This document shows positions 1 through 7,688 of a stretch of DNA of 14,413 bases, in pieces. The notes beneath the pieces were generated by a model, which was given only the letters and a program-made list of their open reading frames with translations, made no database searches and was not told the origin of the DNA. Position numbers and translations under genes: made by a program. Within the stretch, counting starts at the first letter, position 1; each line of letters begins with the position of its first letter. The stretch is from positions 1 to 14,413 of the forward strand of contig JAYUUO010000088.1 of assembly GCA_043754515.1 (NCBI GenBank), written 5' to 3'. This stretch comes from Armatimonadota bacterium (lineage in GTDB: Bacteria; Armatimonadota; Armatimonadia; Armatimonadales; Armatimonadaceae).

Positions 1-2
1 CG

Positions 3-263
3 GGTAATTTTTGGAAGGCACATGAGGAACTGTACCAGCATCGTGGTGATGTCAACTCCTCTACCATATCCGATGTGTCGAACCTTGCCAGAACAAAAAG
101 TACTATAGCCACTCGATTTGTAGCCGGGAACATTGTCGAGTCTGACATTCGATTGGGCCGCGTAATGAATGTCACCCACACCCCGACGTTTTTCATCTGC
201 CAGAAGGATGGGACAGTTTTCCAGCTGAACAGTTTGAATCAGGCAGAAGAATACTTGATGTGA
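3..263 (+). CDS. DsbA/thioredoxin-fold protein, 3' part (5' end lies outside the window)
   Basis: The frame of ORF 75..263 is open back to position 3 and reads GNFWKAHEELYQ...ESDIRLGRVMNVTHTPTFFIC. This resembles the GKFWExHDxLF and D...G..GVxGTPTFFI (cis-Pro loop) motifs of DsbA-like proteins. The CxxC motif is not in the window. Confidence 0.7.
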   Translation, partial: GNFWKAHEELYQHRGDVNSSTISDVSNLARTKSTIATRFVAGNIVESDIRLGRVMNVTHTPTFFICQKDGTVFQLNSLNQAEEYLM

Positions 264-456
264 AGTATGAAACCGATCCCTCATGCTTTGACTTGCTTCG
301 TCAAGATGAATTATTTTATCGCTAGGTTTCGCTGTTTGATGACCTCATTTCTACCAGCCTACCAGCCTGCGTTCCGGAGGAACACCAAGCCAGCGTCTTC
401 CACCGGAGGAACAACGTTCCCCGCAAGCGCGTCGCCCGCCCCCGCCCGATCTCCGC

Positions 457-462
457 TATAAT
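457..462 (+). promoter_or_regulatory. Sigma70-type -10 box, probably a leaderless promoter of the HD gene
   Basis: Perfect TATAAT ending 5 nt before ATG 468, with no Shine-Dalgarno sequence. Confidence 0.6.
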
Positions 463-467
463 CGGCC

Positions 468-1082
468 ATGACCTCAACACTCTCTCCGCGCTCTGAAAAA
501 CTGTTCGACTTCCTCGTGCTTGCCGACCGCATGAAGCATATCGAGCGGCGTAACTATGTCGGCGGGTCGGAGCGGCGCGAGAACGACGCCGAGCACTGCT
601 TCCACATGGGGCTATGTCTGCTACTCCTGCACCGGGAAATGGGCAACGAAATTGACGTTGACCTGGGGCGCGCCCTCGCGCTCGTTCTCGCGCATGACCT
701 GGTGGAGATTTACGCTGGGGACACGTTCGCCTATGACGCGGCGGCGGTCGCGGGGCAGACGGTGCGCGAGGAGGAGGCGGCGCGGCGGCTGTTCGGCGAC
801 GAACTGCCCGCCGATACAGGGACCTACTTCATGAAACTGTGGCGCGAGTTCGAGGAGAAGCGCACCCCTGAGTCGCGCCTCGCGAACGCCTGCGACCGTC
901 TGCAAGCGTTCCTGCAAAACCTGATCGCGGACGGCCGCCCGTGGCGCGAGAACGGCGTGACGAAAGAGCGCACCTACTCACGCACCGACTTCGCCCGTGA
1001 CACCGCCCCGATCTTCGGCGAACTTCTCGACGAGATCTACCGCCGCGCCGACGCGGGCGAGATGTGGGGGAGTGAACGGTGA
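468..1082 (+). CDS. HD-domain metal-dependent phosphohydrolase (HD_3/YfbR-like, putative 5'-deoxynucleotidase)
   Basis: Motifs MKHIERR, RRENDAEHCF, LAHDLVEIYAGD, LWREFE, ACDRLQ; GC-rich third codon positions. Confidence 0.9.
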   Translation: MTSTLSPRSEKLFDFLVLADRMKHIERRNYVGGSERRENDAEHCFHMGLCLLLLHREMGNEIDVDLGRALALVLAHDLVEIYAGDTFAYDAAAVAGQTVREEEAARRLFGDELPADTGTYFMKLWREFEEKRTPESRLANACDRLQAFLQNLIADGRPWRENGVTKERTYSRTDFARDTAPIFGELLDEIYRRADAGEMWGSER

Positions 1083-1110
1083 AGTTGCCCGCGCAACTTT
1101 CCGCGCTTTT
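1082..1110 (+). terminator. Possible intrinsic terminator after the HD gene
   Basis: AAGTTGC-ccgc-GCAACTT hairpin (1082-1099) at the stop codon, with only a broken T-rich tail. Confidence 0.35.
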
Positions 1111-1125
1111 ATGTGACAATACGGT

Positions 1126-1383
1126 ATGCAAAAACGCTCCTGCGTCGCCGTGTCGCTGACGCTACTCACCCCCGCGCTACTCGCCGGTTGCGCACGCGAC
1201 TGCGACCCCAAGCGCGACCCGGACTGCCGGTCTAACGGACACGGCGGTTACTCGCGCTCGTACTTCGGTAGCCACGGGTTCTGGGGAGGATCCAGCTCCT
1301 CTGGGCACGGCGCGTCGGGCGCGTCGGTGCGGGGCGGATTCGGCGCACACGGTGGCGGCGGGCACGGAGGTGGAGGCGAGTAG
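1126..1383 (+). CDS. Small Gly/Ser/His-rich lipoprotein, YgiB/YjfM-like partner of the Gsp-like ligase
   Basis: Basic N-terminus, hydrophobic stretch, lipobox LLAG|C and C-terminal SVRGGFG motif; ends 2 nt before the ligase ATG; its last codons carry GGAGG, the ligase RBS. Confidence 0.8.
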   Translation: MQKRSCVAVSLTLLTPALLAGCARDCDPKRDPDCRSNGHGGYSRSYFGSHGFWGGSSSSGHGASGASVRGGFGAHGGGGHGGGGE

Positions 1384-1385
1384 CC

Positions 1386-2528
1386 ATGGAGCGCATTCCG
1401 AGTGACCCGCGACCCGACTGGCAACGTATCGTCACCGGACAGGGGTTGACGTATCACATGAGCGGCGACGTGCCGTACTGGGACGAGTCTGCCTTCTACT
1501 CGTTCACCGCCGCCGAGATTGACGCCCTCGAAACCGCGACCTACGCGCTGAACGAGATGTGTCTCAAGGCAGTCGAGTTCGCTATCGGGCAAAACATGTG
1601 GGAAACGTTCCAGATACCCCCGGCATTCGTGCCGCTCGTGCGCGAGAGTTGGGATCGCGACGAACACACTATCTATGGGCGGTTCGACTTCGCGTTCGAC
1701 GGCGGGCGGATCAAGCTACTCGAATACAACGCCGACACGCCGACCGCCCTGATCGAAGCCGCGGTCGCGCAGTGGCACTGGTACCAGGATCTCGCCGGAA
1801 GCAACCCCGCGATTGACCAGTTCAACAGCATCCACGAGCGGCTGATTGAGGCGTGGCGGGCAGTGAAGTCGGACTACGTCGGCGACGCAACGATGTACTT
1901 CACATCAGTCCTTGACGACGACACGGGCGGCGAGGACTTCATGACGGCGAACTATTTGCGCGACACGGCGGCGCAGGCCGGGCTTAAGACTCAGTATTTG
2001 ACCATCGCGCAGGTCGGCTACCACCCGGCGCGCGGCTTCACCGACCTTCAGGAAAAGCCGATCCGCCATATGTTCAAGCTGTACCCGTGGGAATGGCTCG
2101 TTCGCGAAGAGTTCGGGGCGCATCTCCTGACCACCGCGACGCGCTGGCTGGAAGCCCCCTGGAAAATGATGCTGTCCAACAAGGCGATCCTGCCGGTGTT
2201 ATACCGCCTGTACCCGGATTCGCCCTACCTGCTCCGCGCCGACTATGCCCCGTTCGCTGGCGACTATGTGGCGAAACCCGTCCTCGGGCGCGAAGGCGCG
2301 AATACGCGCGTCGTGGTCGGCGGCGAGACAATTGCGGAGCGCGGCGGCGAGTACGAGGGGCCGTTCGTGTATCAGGAATACGTCCCGCTTAAGGACTACG
2401 GCAGGGGCTACCCGGTGATCGGCTCGTGGATGGTGAACGGCTGGGCGGCGGGCATCGGCATCCGCGAGGACGACCACCGCATCACCGGAAACGCCTGCCG
2501 CTTCGTACCGCACCTCTACCAGAAGTAG
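1386..2528 (+). CDS. Glutathionylspermidine synthase family ATP-grasp ligase (YgiC/YjfC-like, no amidase domain)
   Basis: Motifs PRPDW, YWDESAFY, IYGRFDF, KLLEYNADTPT, DQFNSIHERL, FKLYPWEW, KMMLSNKAIL, KPVLGREGAN, IGSW, GIGIRED, RFVPH. Confidence 0.95.
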   Translation: MERIPSDPRPDWQRIVTGQGLTYHMSGDVPYWDESAFYSFTAAEIDALETATYALNEMCLKAVEFAIGQNMWETFQIPPAFVPLVRESWDRDEHTIYGRFDFAFDGGRIKLLEYNADTPTALIEAAVAQWHWYQDLAGSNPAIDQFNSIHERLIEAWRAVKSDYVGDATMYFTSVLDDDTGGEDFMTANYLRDTAAQAGLKTQYLTIAQVGYHPARGFTDLQEKPIRHMFKLYPWEWLVREEFGAHLLTTATRWLEAPWKMMLSNKAILPVLYRLYPDSPYLLRADYAPFAGDYVAKPVLGREGANTRVVVGGETIAERGGEYEGPFVYQEYVPLKDYGRGYPVIGSWMVNGWAAGIGIREDDHRITGNACRFVPHLYQK

Positions 2529-2536
2529 AAGGGCAA

Positions 2537-2568
2537 CGGGCGGGTCATCCGGTCACCGCCCGCATTTA
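2537..2568. terminator. Hairpin between convergent genes, possible bidirectional terminator
   Basis: CGGGCGG (2537-2543) pairs with CCGCCCG (2556-2562), lying between the stops at 2528 and 2569. Confidence 0.4.
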
Positions 2569-3051
2569 TCATAGCGGCACATCGCTCCGCAACGTCTCGG
2601 CCCAACTCCCCGCGTCGAGGAGCGAAAGTAGCCAGACTTCCAGGCGCGGCAGTGACGTCTCCGTCTCGATCCGCTCGCGTTGCGCCCCGGAAAGCGCGCC
2701 GAAGCGACGAACCCCTAGTAAGAGGAGGTTCGCCCGTGCTTCCACGATCCGCCCTTCCTCACGCCCCTCGTCACGTCCCTCGCTCCGCCCTTCGCTCCGC
2801 CCTTCATTGTGTCCGATGATCCGGCCTTCTTCACGCCCTTCGCGCAGGATCATCTGGTAGGTGGAAGACTCTCTCATTTTCTGTATCCCTTTCGTCAGTG
2901 TCGCTATGAACGCGTCGCTATGGTTTAGCCCGAGCAAAATGAACGTCGCCGCCGATAGCTCACGCGCCTTTTCTATATCGGTCTCCGTGTCGAACCGGCT
3001 GTGTACCGCCCGCACCAACACCGCCGCCTCCTGCTCGACCGCCGAGGGCCG
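2569..3051 (-). pseudogene. Rpn-family (recombination-promoting nuclease/putative transposase-like) gene, C-terminal half only
   Basis: ATFILLGL...MRESSTYQMILREGREEGR, repeated EGRx units and LLLLGVRRFG...LEVWLLSLLDAGSWAE are typical of this family's C-terminus. The frame is closed upstream by TAG at 3052-3054, so no N-terminal nuclease domain is present. Confidence 0.75.
2749..2841 (-). repeat. Degenerate 12-bp tandem repeat encoding (E-G-R-x)n
   Basis: Translation REGREEGRIIGHNEGRSEGRSEGRDEGREEGR; DNA units such as CGCCCTTCGCTC. Confidence 0.85.
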
Positions 3052-3234
3052 CTACAAGATGCCGACTAGGCTTACCCCCATCAGTGGTATACAATAGCAG
3101 GTGTCGGGATGCTCGTTTCCTGTGAAGGTTTCAGGAGCAGAAACAAACGCGAAGCCGAACTCATCCGCTCCATCTAACCAAAACAATCATGACTTTATAG
3201 ATACCACTCGCTTCTACTTTAGTGAATCGAAATC

Positions 3235-4191
3235 ATGCCAAAACTGTTAGCTTATATAGCATCCTGGGATTATTCCACCATCGGAATCCTCGCCGACGTG
3301 GGGGGATTCATCAGCATCAACGACTCGGATGATTTTCCGACCGGGTACATGCCGAGCGACATGACGTTGATCAGGGAGAACAATCTTCTCGTCATTTCCG
3401 ACGCGGGGAATGCGATACTGACGTACTTCCGTGTGGGCGGGGCCGCCACAAACCTTTATGATCGTAAGCGGGTGGCAGTCGCGCTCGACAAGCCGGGTCC
3501 TCTCGTCAGGAAACGCGGCATGCCCCACTTATTCGTGTTGGATTTTCATGGGGGCCGGGCGACCCGTGTGACATACGCCGACGGGATTTTCGTACCGAGC
3601 GGGGACGCGTTCGACACGCCCTTGGATGCCGCCTGTGTCTGCAACGACACCGGACGCGGGCTGGTCTTCGCCGTGAACAATAGCGGTTCCGTCCTGAATG
3701 TGTTGGCGGTCTCGGGTGATTGTCTGTCCCTCGTGGCAACACACAAGGTGCCAGATGTATACCTGCCGAATTCCATCACCTATCTGCGTGACTACATTTT
3801 TATCTCGGGGGTAGGTGGCATCGGTTGCTACCGGTTCGATGACGCGGGTAATCAGCTGACGCACCTCTGCACGATCAACGACGAGAGATTTGTGGCCATG
3901 AAGATAGCCGCGGACAGGAAGCGCGACCTCGTTTATGCAACTTCATGCTTTAGTGTCATGAGGATGAATTTTATCGAGGGCGAGAAGAGATTCGTGATAC
4001 AGAGCAAAGTGGTCACGGACAACTACGGGGATGATGAACTGTACTACGATGCCGACAGCCGGAAGATGTTCGTGCTGAGGACCAGCATAAACACGGTATC
4101 TGTTATTGACTTATCCCTCGTAGACGAGTGGGACGGCTTAGTCGCTACTGACATCAGAACTCGGTTCACGCCAACCATCGCTTGCTTCTGA
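3235..4191 (+). CDS. Hypothetical protein, probable beta-propeller (YVTN/lactonase-like), no signal peptide
   Basis: 318-aa ORF in a lower-GC segment with recurring beta-rich blade-like motifs (GLVFAVNNSGSVLNVLAV, RDLVYAT, RKMFVLRTSINTVSVIDL). Confidence 0.65.
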   Translation: MPKLLAYIASWDYSTIGILADVGGFISINDSDDFPTGYMPSDMTLIRENNLLVISDAGNAILTYFRVGGAATNLYDRKRVAVALDKPGPLVRKRGMPHLFVLDFHGGRATRVTYADGIFVPSGDAFDTPLDAACVCNDTGRGLVFAVNNSGSVLNVLAVSGDCLSLVATHKVPDVYLPNSITYLRDYIFISGVGGIGCYRFDDAGNQLTHLCTINDERFVAMKIAADRKRDLVYATSCFSVMRMNFIEGEKRFVIQSKVVTDNYGDDELYYDADSRKMFVLRTSINTVSVIDLSLVDEWDGLVATDIRTRFTPTIACF

Positions 4192-4445
4192 ACGTTATAT
4201 CAACCCGCGACAAGCCTCTGACACAAGCAACACTACGCAAAAATATGATTGATTGCTACTTGACGTATAGAAATGGTCCATCCGCACACCATCGGCGGAC
4301 TCATTCTGATCTACTCGAAGCCTCAGGCGATGTTGTATCGACGGATGCCTGAATCAAATATACTACATGCTCGACGTGGGACGATCTGCTCGCCGATATT
4401 CCGGAAGCGTCGTGAGCACCCGCAAGGGGATCGGGGAACCGCGCG

Positions 4446-6869
4446 TCAGATCGCGAGGCGAACCATGGTCACGCCCGCGCCGCCCTCGTCCGGGTGCGCG
4501 AGACTGTAGGCCGCGATGCGGCTGTCGCTCTTGAGCGAATCCCAGACCGCCTTTCGCATCTGGCCGGTGCCCTTGCCGTGTACGATGCGCACGTACTCCA
4601 GCCCGGCGGTGAACGCGTCATCAAGGTACTTCTCGAAGCGCGGCAGGGCGACATCGGTGCGCAGTCCGATCAGTTTTATCTCGGGTGAGATCGTGCTCGC
4701 CTTTTCCATCGCCATCGCCGCCGCGTTGCTTCCGTTCGCGACCGCCGCGCGGCGTTTCGTCACATCGTCGGCGAGCGCGGCACCCGTCTGCGTGCGGAGG
4801 GCCGAGACCGGTACCGTGACCCGGATCATCCCGACCTGCACCAGGGCTTCCTTGCCGTCCGAATCCTCGATCACTTCGCCCTGCGCCGAGCCGAGCGACA
4901 GTACCCGCACCTTGTCCCCTTTTTTCAGCACCTTCGGCACGTCGGCCTCGTCCATCACCACCGCGTCGTTCTCGTAGCCGATGCCGCCGATCAACTCCTC
5001 CGATGTCTCCTTCATCCGCTTGCGCGCCGACTGCGTTTTACGCCCTTCCTTGCCGATGCGCCTCAATTCGCCGATGATGTTCTCCATCTTCTCGGTATTG
5101 CGCCGGATCAGCACCTGCGCCTCCTGCGTCGCCCGCTCCTTCGCCTCGCGTCGCAAGACTTCCAGGTCCCGGAGCCGCGCCTCGTACTTCGCCTTCAGGT
5201 CGTCGAGCTCGCGCGACAGCCGCTCCGCCTTGCGCTTCTCGTCGTCGGCGATCCGCTTCGCTTTTTCGAGCCGTTGCATCACCTGGCCAGAGTCAATGTC
5301 GGTCTGCGATTGGTTGCTCGTCGCCTCCTCGACCACCGCGCGGGGCATCCCCAGGCGGCGGGCGATGTGGAACGCGTTCGAGGAACCGGGCACCCCTTGT
5401 AGCAGCCGGTACGTTGGGCGCAGGGATTGCGGGTCGAACTCCACGGCGGCGTTCTCGATCCCGTCCACGAGGTACGCGTACTCCTTCAGTTCGCCGTAGT
5501 GCGTGGTCGCGATCACGCGCGAATTGTGTTTCAGTAGGTAGGCGAGAATCGCCTTGGCGAGCGCGGCACCCTCGCCGGGGTCGGTGCCCGCGCCGATCTC
5601 GTCCATCAGCACCAACGCGTGCGTGCCGAGTTGCTTCAGGATGCGGACGATATTGGTTATGTGCGCGGAGAACGTTGAAAGGCTCTGCGCGATGCTCTGT
5701 TCGTCGCCGATGTCGGCGAACACCTGGTCGAAGTAGGCCAGTTCGGTGCCGAGTTCGGCGGGCACCTGCATCCCTGCCTGCGCCATCAATGTGAACAGCC
5801 CGACCGTTTTCAGCGTGACCGTCTTGCCGCCCGTGTTCGGACCGGTGATTAGGAGCGTCTTATACTTGTCGCCTAATGTGAGCGAAGTCGGGACGACCGT
5901 CTCGGGGTCCAGAAGCGGGTGGCGTCCCTCGCGCAACCGTATAAAGCCTTTGTTGTTGAACGTCGGTTCGGTGGCGCGCATCGCCTCCGCGAGCAGTGCC
6001 TTCGCGTGCGCGAGATCAATCCCGGCGACCACCTCGCACGTCCCGAATATCTTCGTCGCCTGCTTCGCGACCAGCGCGGTGAGTTTGGCGAGGATGCGCT
6101 GTATCTCCTGCCGCTCCTTCATCTCCAGCTGGCGCAGTTCGTTGTTGAGTTCCACGACCGGCATCGGCTCGATGAACAGCGTCGCGCCGGACGCCGACTG
6201 GTCGTGCACGATCCCTTTGATCGCCGACTTATACTCCGCCTTGACCGGGAGACAGCGGCGGTCGTCGCGGAGCACGATCAGCGGGTCCTGTAGCATCGCG
6301 CGGAAGTTGCCGGACAGGTACTGGTTTAAGCGGTCATCCACGCGCCGCGCGAGCACGCGCACCTGGGAGCGGAGCGAGCCGAGCGTGGTGGACGCGCCGT
6401 CCTGCACCGTGCCGTCGCGCCCGATGGCGTTCTCGATCTCGCCGAGCAGGGGCGGGAAGTCGGAGATGGCACGGGCGCGGTCGGCGAGGAGCGGGGCCTT
6501 TTCGACGTGGCGGACTAGAAATGCCTTGAGGCGCGAGCTGTTGAGCAACGTGGACGCGATCTGGAGCAGATCACCCGGCGCGAGTGCCTGCTCGACTTCG
6601 GCGCGGACGAGGTAGGGGCGCACGTCGTAGATGCCGCCGAGCGGGATCGCGCCGAACGCGCCGACCAGGGCGCGCGCCTCGCGGGTCTCCTGCTGACGCT
6701 CCTGCACGAAGGCGTGGACGGGGGACGGGAGCAGTTCGCGTGCGCGTTCCGCCCCGAGGGCGGACGCCGTGCGTTCGGCGAGCATGGCGACGATCGCGCC
6801 GTACTCTAAGACACGGAGCGTATGGGCGTCGAAATCGCTTGGGGGTAAGTTAATGGGGTCGTCGTTCAT
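4446..6869 (-). CDS. mutS2: Endonuclease MutS2
   Basis: TLRVLEY N-terminus, GIVHDQSASGATLFIEP, RHPLL, Walker A ITGPNTGGKT, DIGDEQSIAQSLSTFS, DEIGAGTDP, TTHY, coiled coil, KOW-like segment and Smr domain (IVHGKGTG...EGGAGVT). Confidence 0.98.
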   Translation of the reverse strand: MNDDPINLPPSDFDAHTLRVLEYGAIVAMLAERTASALGAERARELLPSPVHAFVQERQQETREARALVGAFGAIPLGGIYDVRPYLVRAEVEQALAPGDLLQIASTLLNSSRLKAFLVRHVEKAPLLADRARAISDFPPLLGEIENAIGRDGTVQDGASTTLGSLRSQVRVLARRVDDRLNQYLSGNFRAMLQDPLIVLRDDRRCLPVKAEYKSAIKGIVHDQSASGATLFIEPMPVVELNNELRQLEMKERQEIQRILAKLTALVAKQATKIFGTCEVVAGIDLAHAKALLAEAMRATEPTFNNKGFIRLREGRHPLLDPETVVPTSLTLGDKYKTLLITGPNTGGKTVTLKTVGLFTLMAQAGMQVPAELGTELAYFDQVFADIGDEQSIAQSLSTFSAHITNIVRILKQLGTHALVLMDEIGAGTDPGEGAALAKAILAYLLKHNSRVIATTHYGELKEYAYLVDGIENAAVEFDPQSLRPTYRLLQGVPGSSNAFHIARRLGMPRAVVEEATSNQSQTDIDSGQVMQRLEKAKRIADDEKRKAERLSRELDDLKAKYEARLRDLEVLRREAKERATQEAQVLIRRNTEKMENIIGELRRIGKEGRKTQSARKRMKETSEELIGGIGYENDAVVMDEADVPKVLKKGDKVRVLSLGSAQGEVIEDSDGKEALVQVGMIRVTVPVSALRTQTGAALADDVTKRRAAVANGSNAAAMAMEKASTISPEIKLIGLRTDVALPRFEKYLDDAFTAGLEYVRIVHGKGTGQMRKAVWDSLKSDSRIAAYSLAHPDEGGAGVTMVRLAI

Positions 6870-6937
6870 GCCGGGTACGGTATCGCCGCGTGTCGCCTCC
6901 TGCTAAACGTCCGGCGCGGAAACGGTGCTACTATCCC

Positions 6938-6943
6938 ATTATA
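6938..6943 (-). promoter_or_regulatory. -10 box (TATAAT) of a putative mutS2 promoter
   Basis: ATTATA on the + strand is TATAAT on the - strand, about 70 nt upstream of the mutS2 ATG. Confidence 0.5.
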
Positions 6944-7067
6944 CGGCAAACGCGGGGCAAACGGTGCGCGGCGGTACGGAAGGGTGTTGCCCGGCAAAAA
7001 ATATAGACGCAAACCATTAACAACAACGGATGGCGAGAGCACACTGGCAATTATAACGCGACGCGCC

Positions 7068-7476
7068 ATGGGAGAACAACCGAACCGGCTCTCGCGGGTG
7101 ATGCGGTAACTCGCCGGATTAGTCACGTTCGTGTTCGCCTTCATGTCCGTGTCCGCGTCCCTGCACCACCACGGTGCCGGAAATACCGATGGTTGTCTCA
7201 CCGTTTCCGCGGTGGTGTCGGTAGCCCTCGCGGCAACCACGACGCAACCGGCCCCCCGGCATTTGGCGGCGGCGACCCCGCGCGCCAACAATGACTGCGC
7301 CCTTATGCGACTGGCAGGCGACCGCCGTCACGCTCGCCGGTGTCGTTCTCTTCGCGCTCACCGTCACCCTGCCCGCGATCGCCGCGCTCGCGCTCTCCGT
7401 CCGCCTCGCCGCCCTGTGCGCCGCGCCCTTGCGGCGCCGTGGCTTGCGCGGCCCACCCGCCCTGCTCTTTGCTTAA
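7068..7476 (+). pseudogene. Disrupted DUF2946-like leader ORF (CxxC...RGPP)
   Basis: ATG 7068 reads MGEQPNRLSRVMR, then in-frame TAA (7107-7109), then LAGLVTFVFAFMSVSASLHHH...NNDCAL. Removing one C from CCC 7300-7302 joins it to ORF 7291..7476, giving DCALCDWQA...LRRRGLRGPPALLFA*. A TATAAC -10 box lies at 7052-7057. Confidence 0.75.
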
Positions 7477-7688
7477 GGCACGGGAGCGGGGCGCATCGTC
7501 ATCCACACAACCATCAGGTCTGTCCGTCGGCATCCTCATGCCCCGGTAGCGATCTGACCCGCTAGCGTCTCTTGCCGCTCCCGCTCTCCCGTAGCCTTCA
7601 AGCCGTTTCGTCCCAACACCGTGCCGATTTTGGCACGCGGGCTAACCCGTCCGACCACCCGTCATCCCGACAAAACGAAAGGTTCGCT
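7477..7688 (+). promoter_or_regulatory. Structured intergenic leader RNA, candidate translational attenuator
   Basis: Stem 7477-7493 with 7576-7596; hairpins GGCAT-cctc-ATGCC (7529-7542), CGTGCC/GGCACG (7620-7637) and CGGG-ctaa-CCCG (7638-7649); CCgTTTCGT (7603-7611) is complementary to ACGAAAGG (7675-7682) over the RBS. Confidence 0.5.

Noticed and set aside
267..461. 64-aa ORF between the DsbA-like and HD genes
   Set aside because: No motif, crosses a composition boundary and overlaps the HD promoter.
4516..6615. Several + strand ORFs (153, 172, 289 aa) inside mutS2
   Set aside because: Ser/Arg-rich antisense shadows of a well-supported gene.
6945..7030. c-di-GMP-I riboswitch suggested by GGCAAAC and GACGCAAA
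   Set aside because: No GNRA-capped stem or second hairpin in the right spacing, and it lies upstream of the probable -10 box at 7052.
7131..7565. ORF 7131..7565 as a stand-alone 144-aa gene
   Set aside because: After about 7302 it becomes Arg-rich nonsense; a frameshifted CxxC/RGPP leader explains it better.
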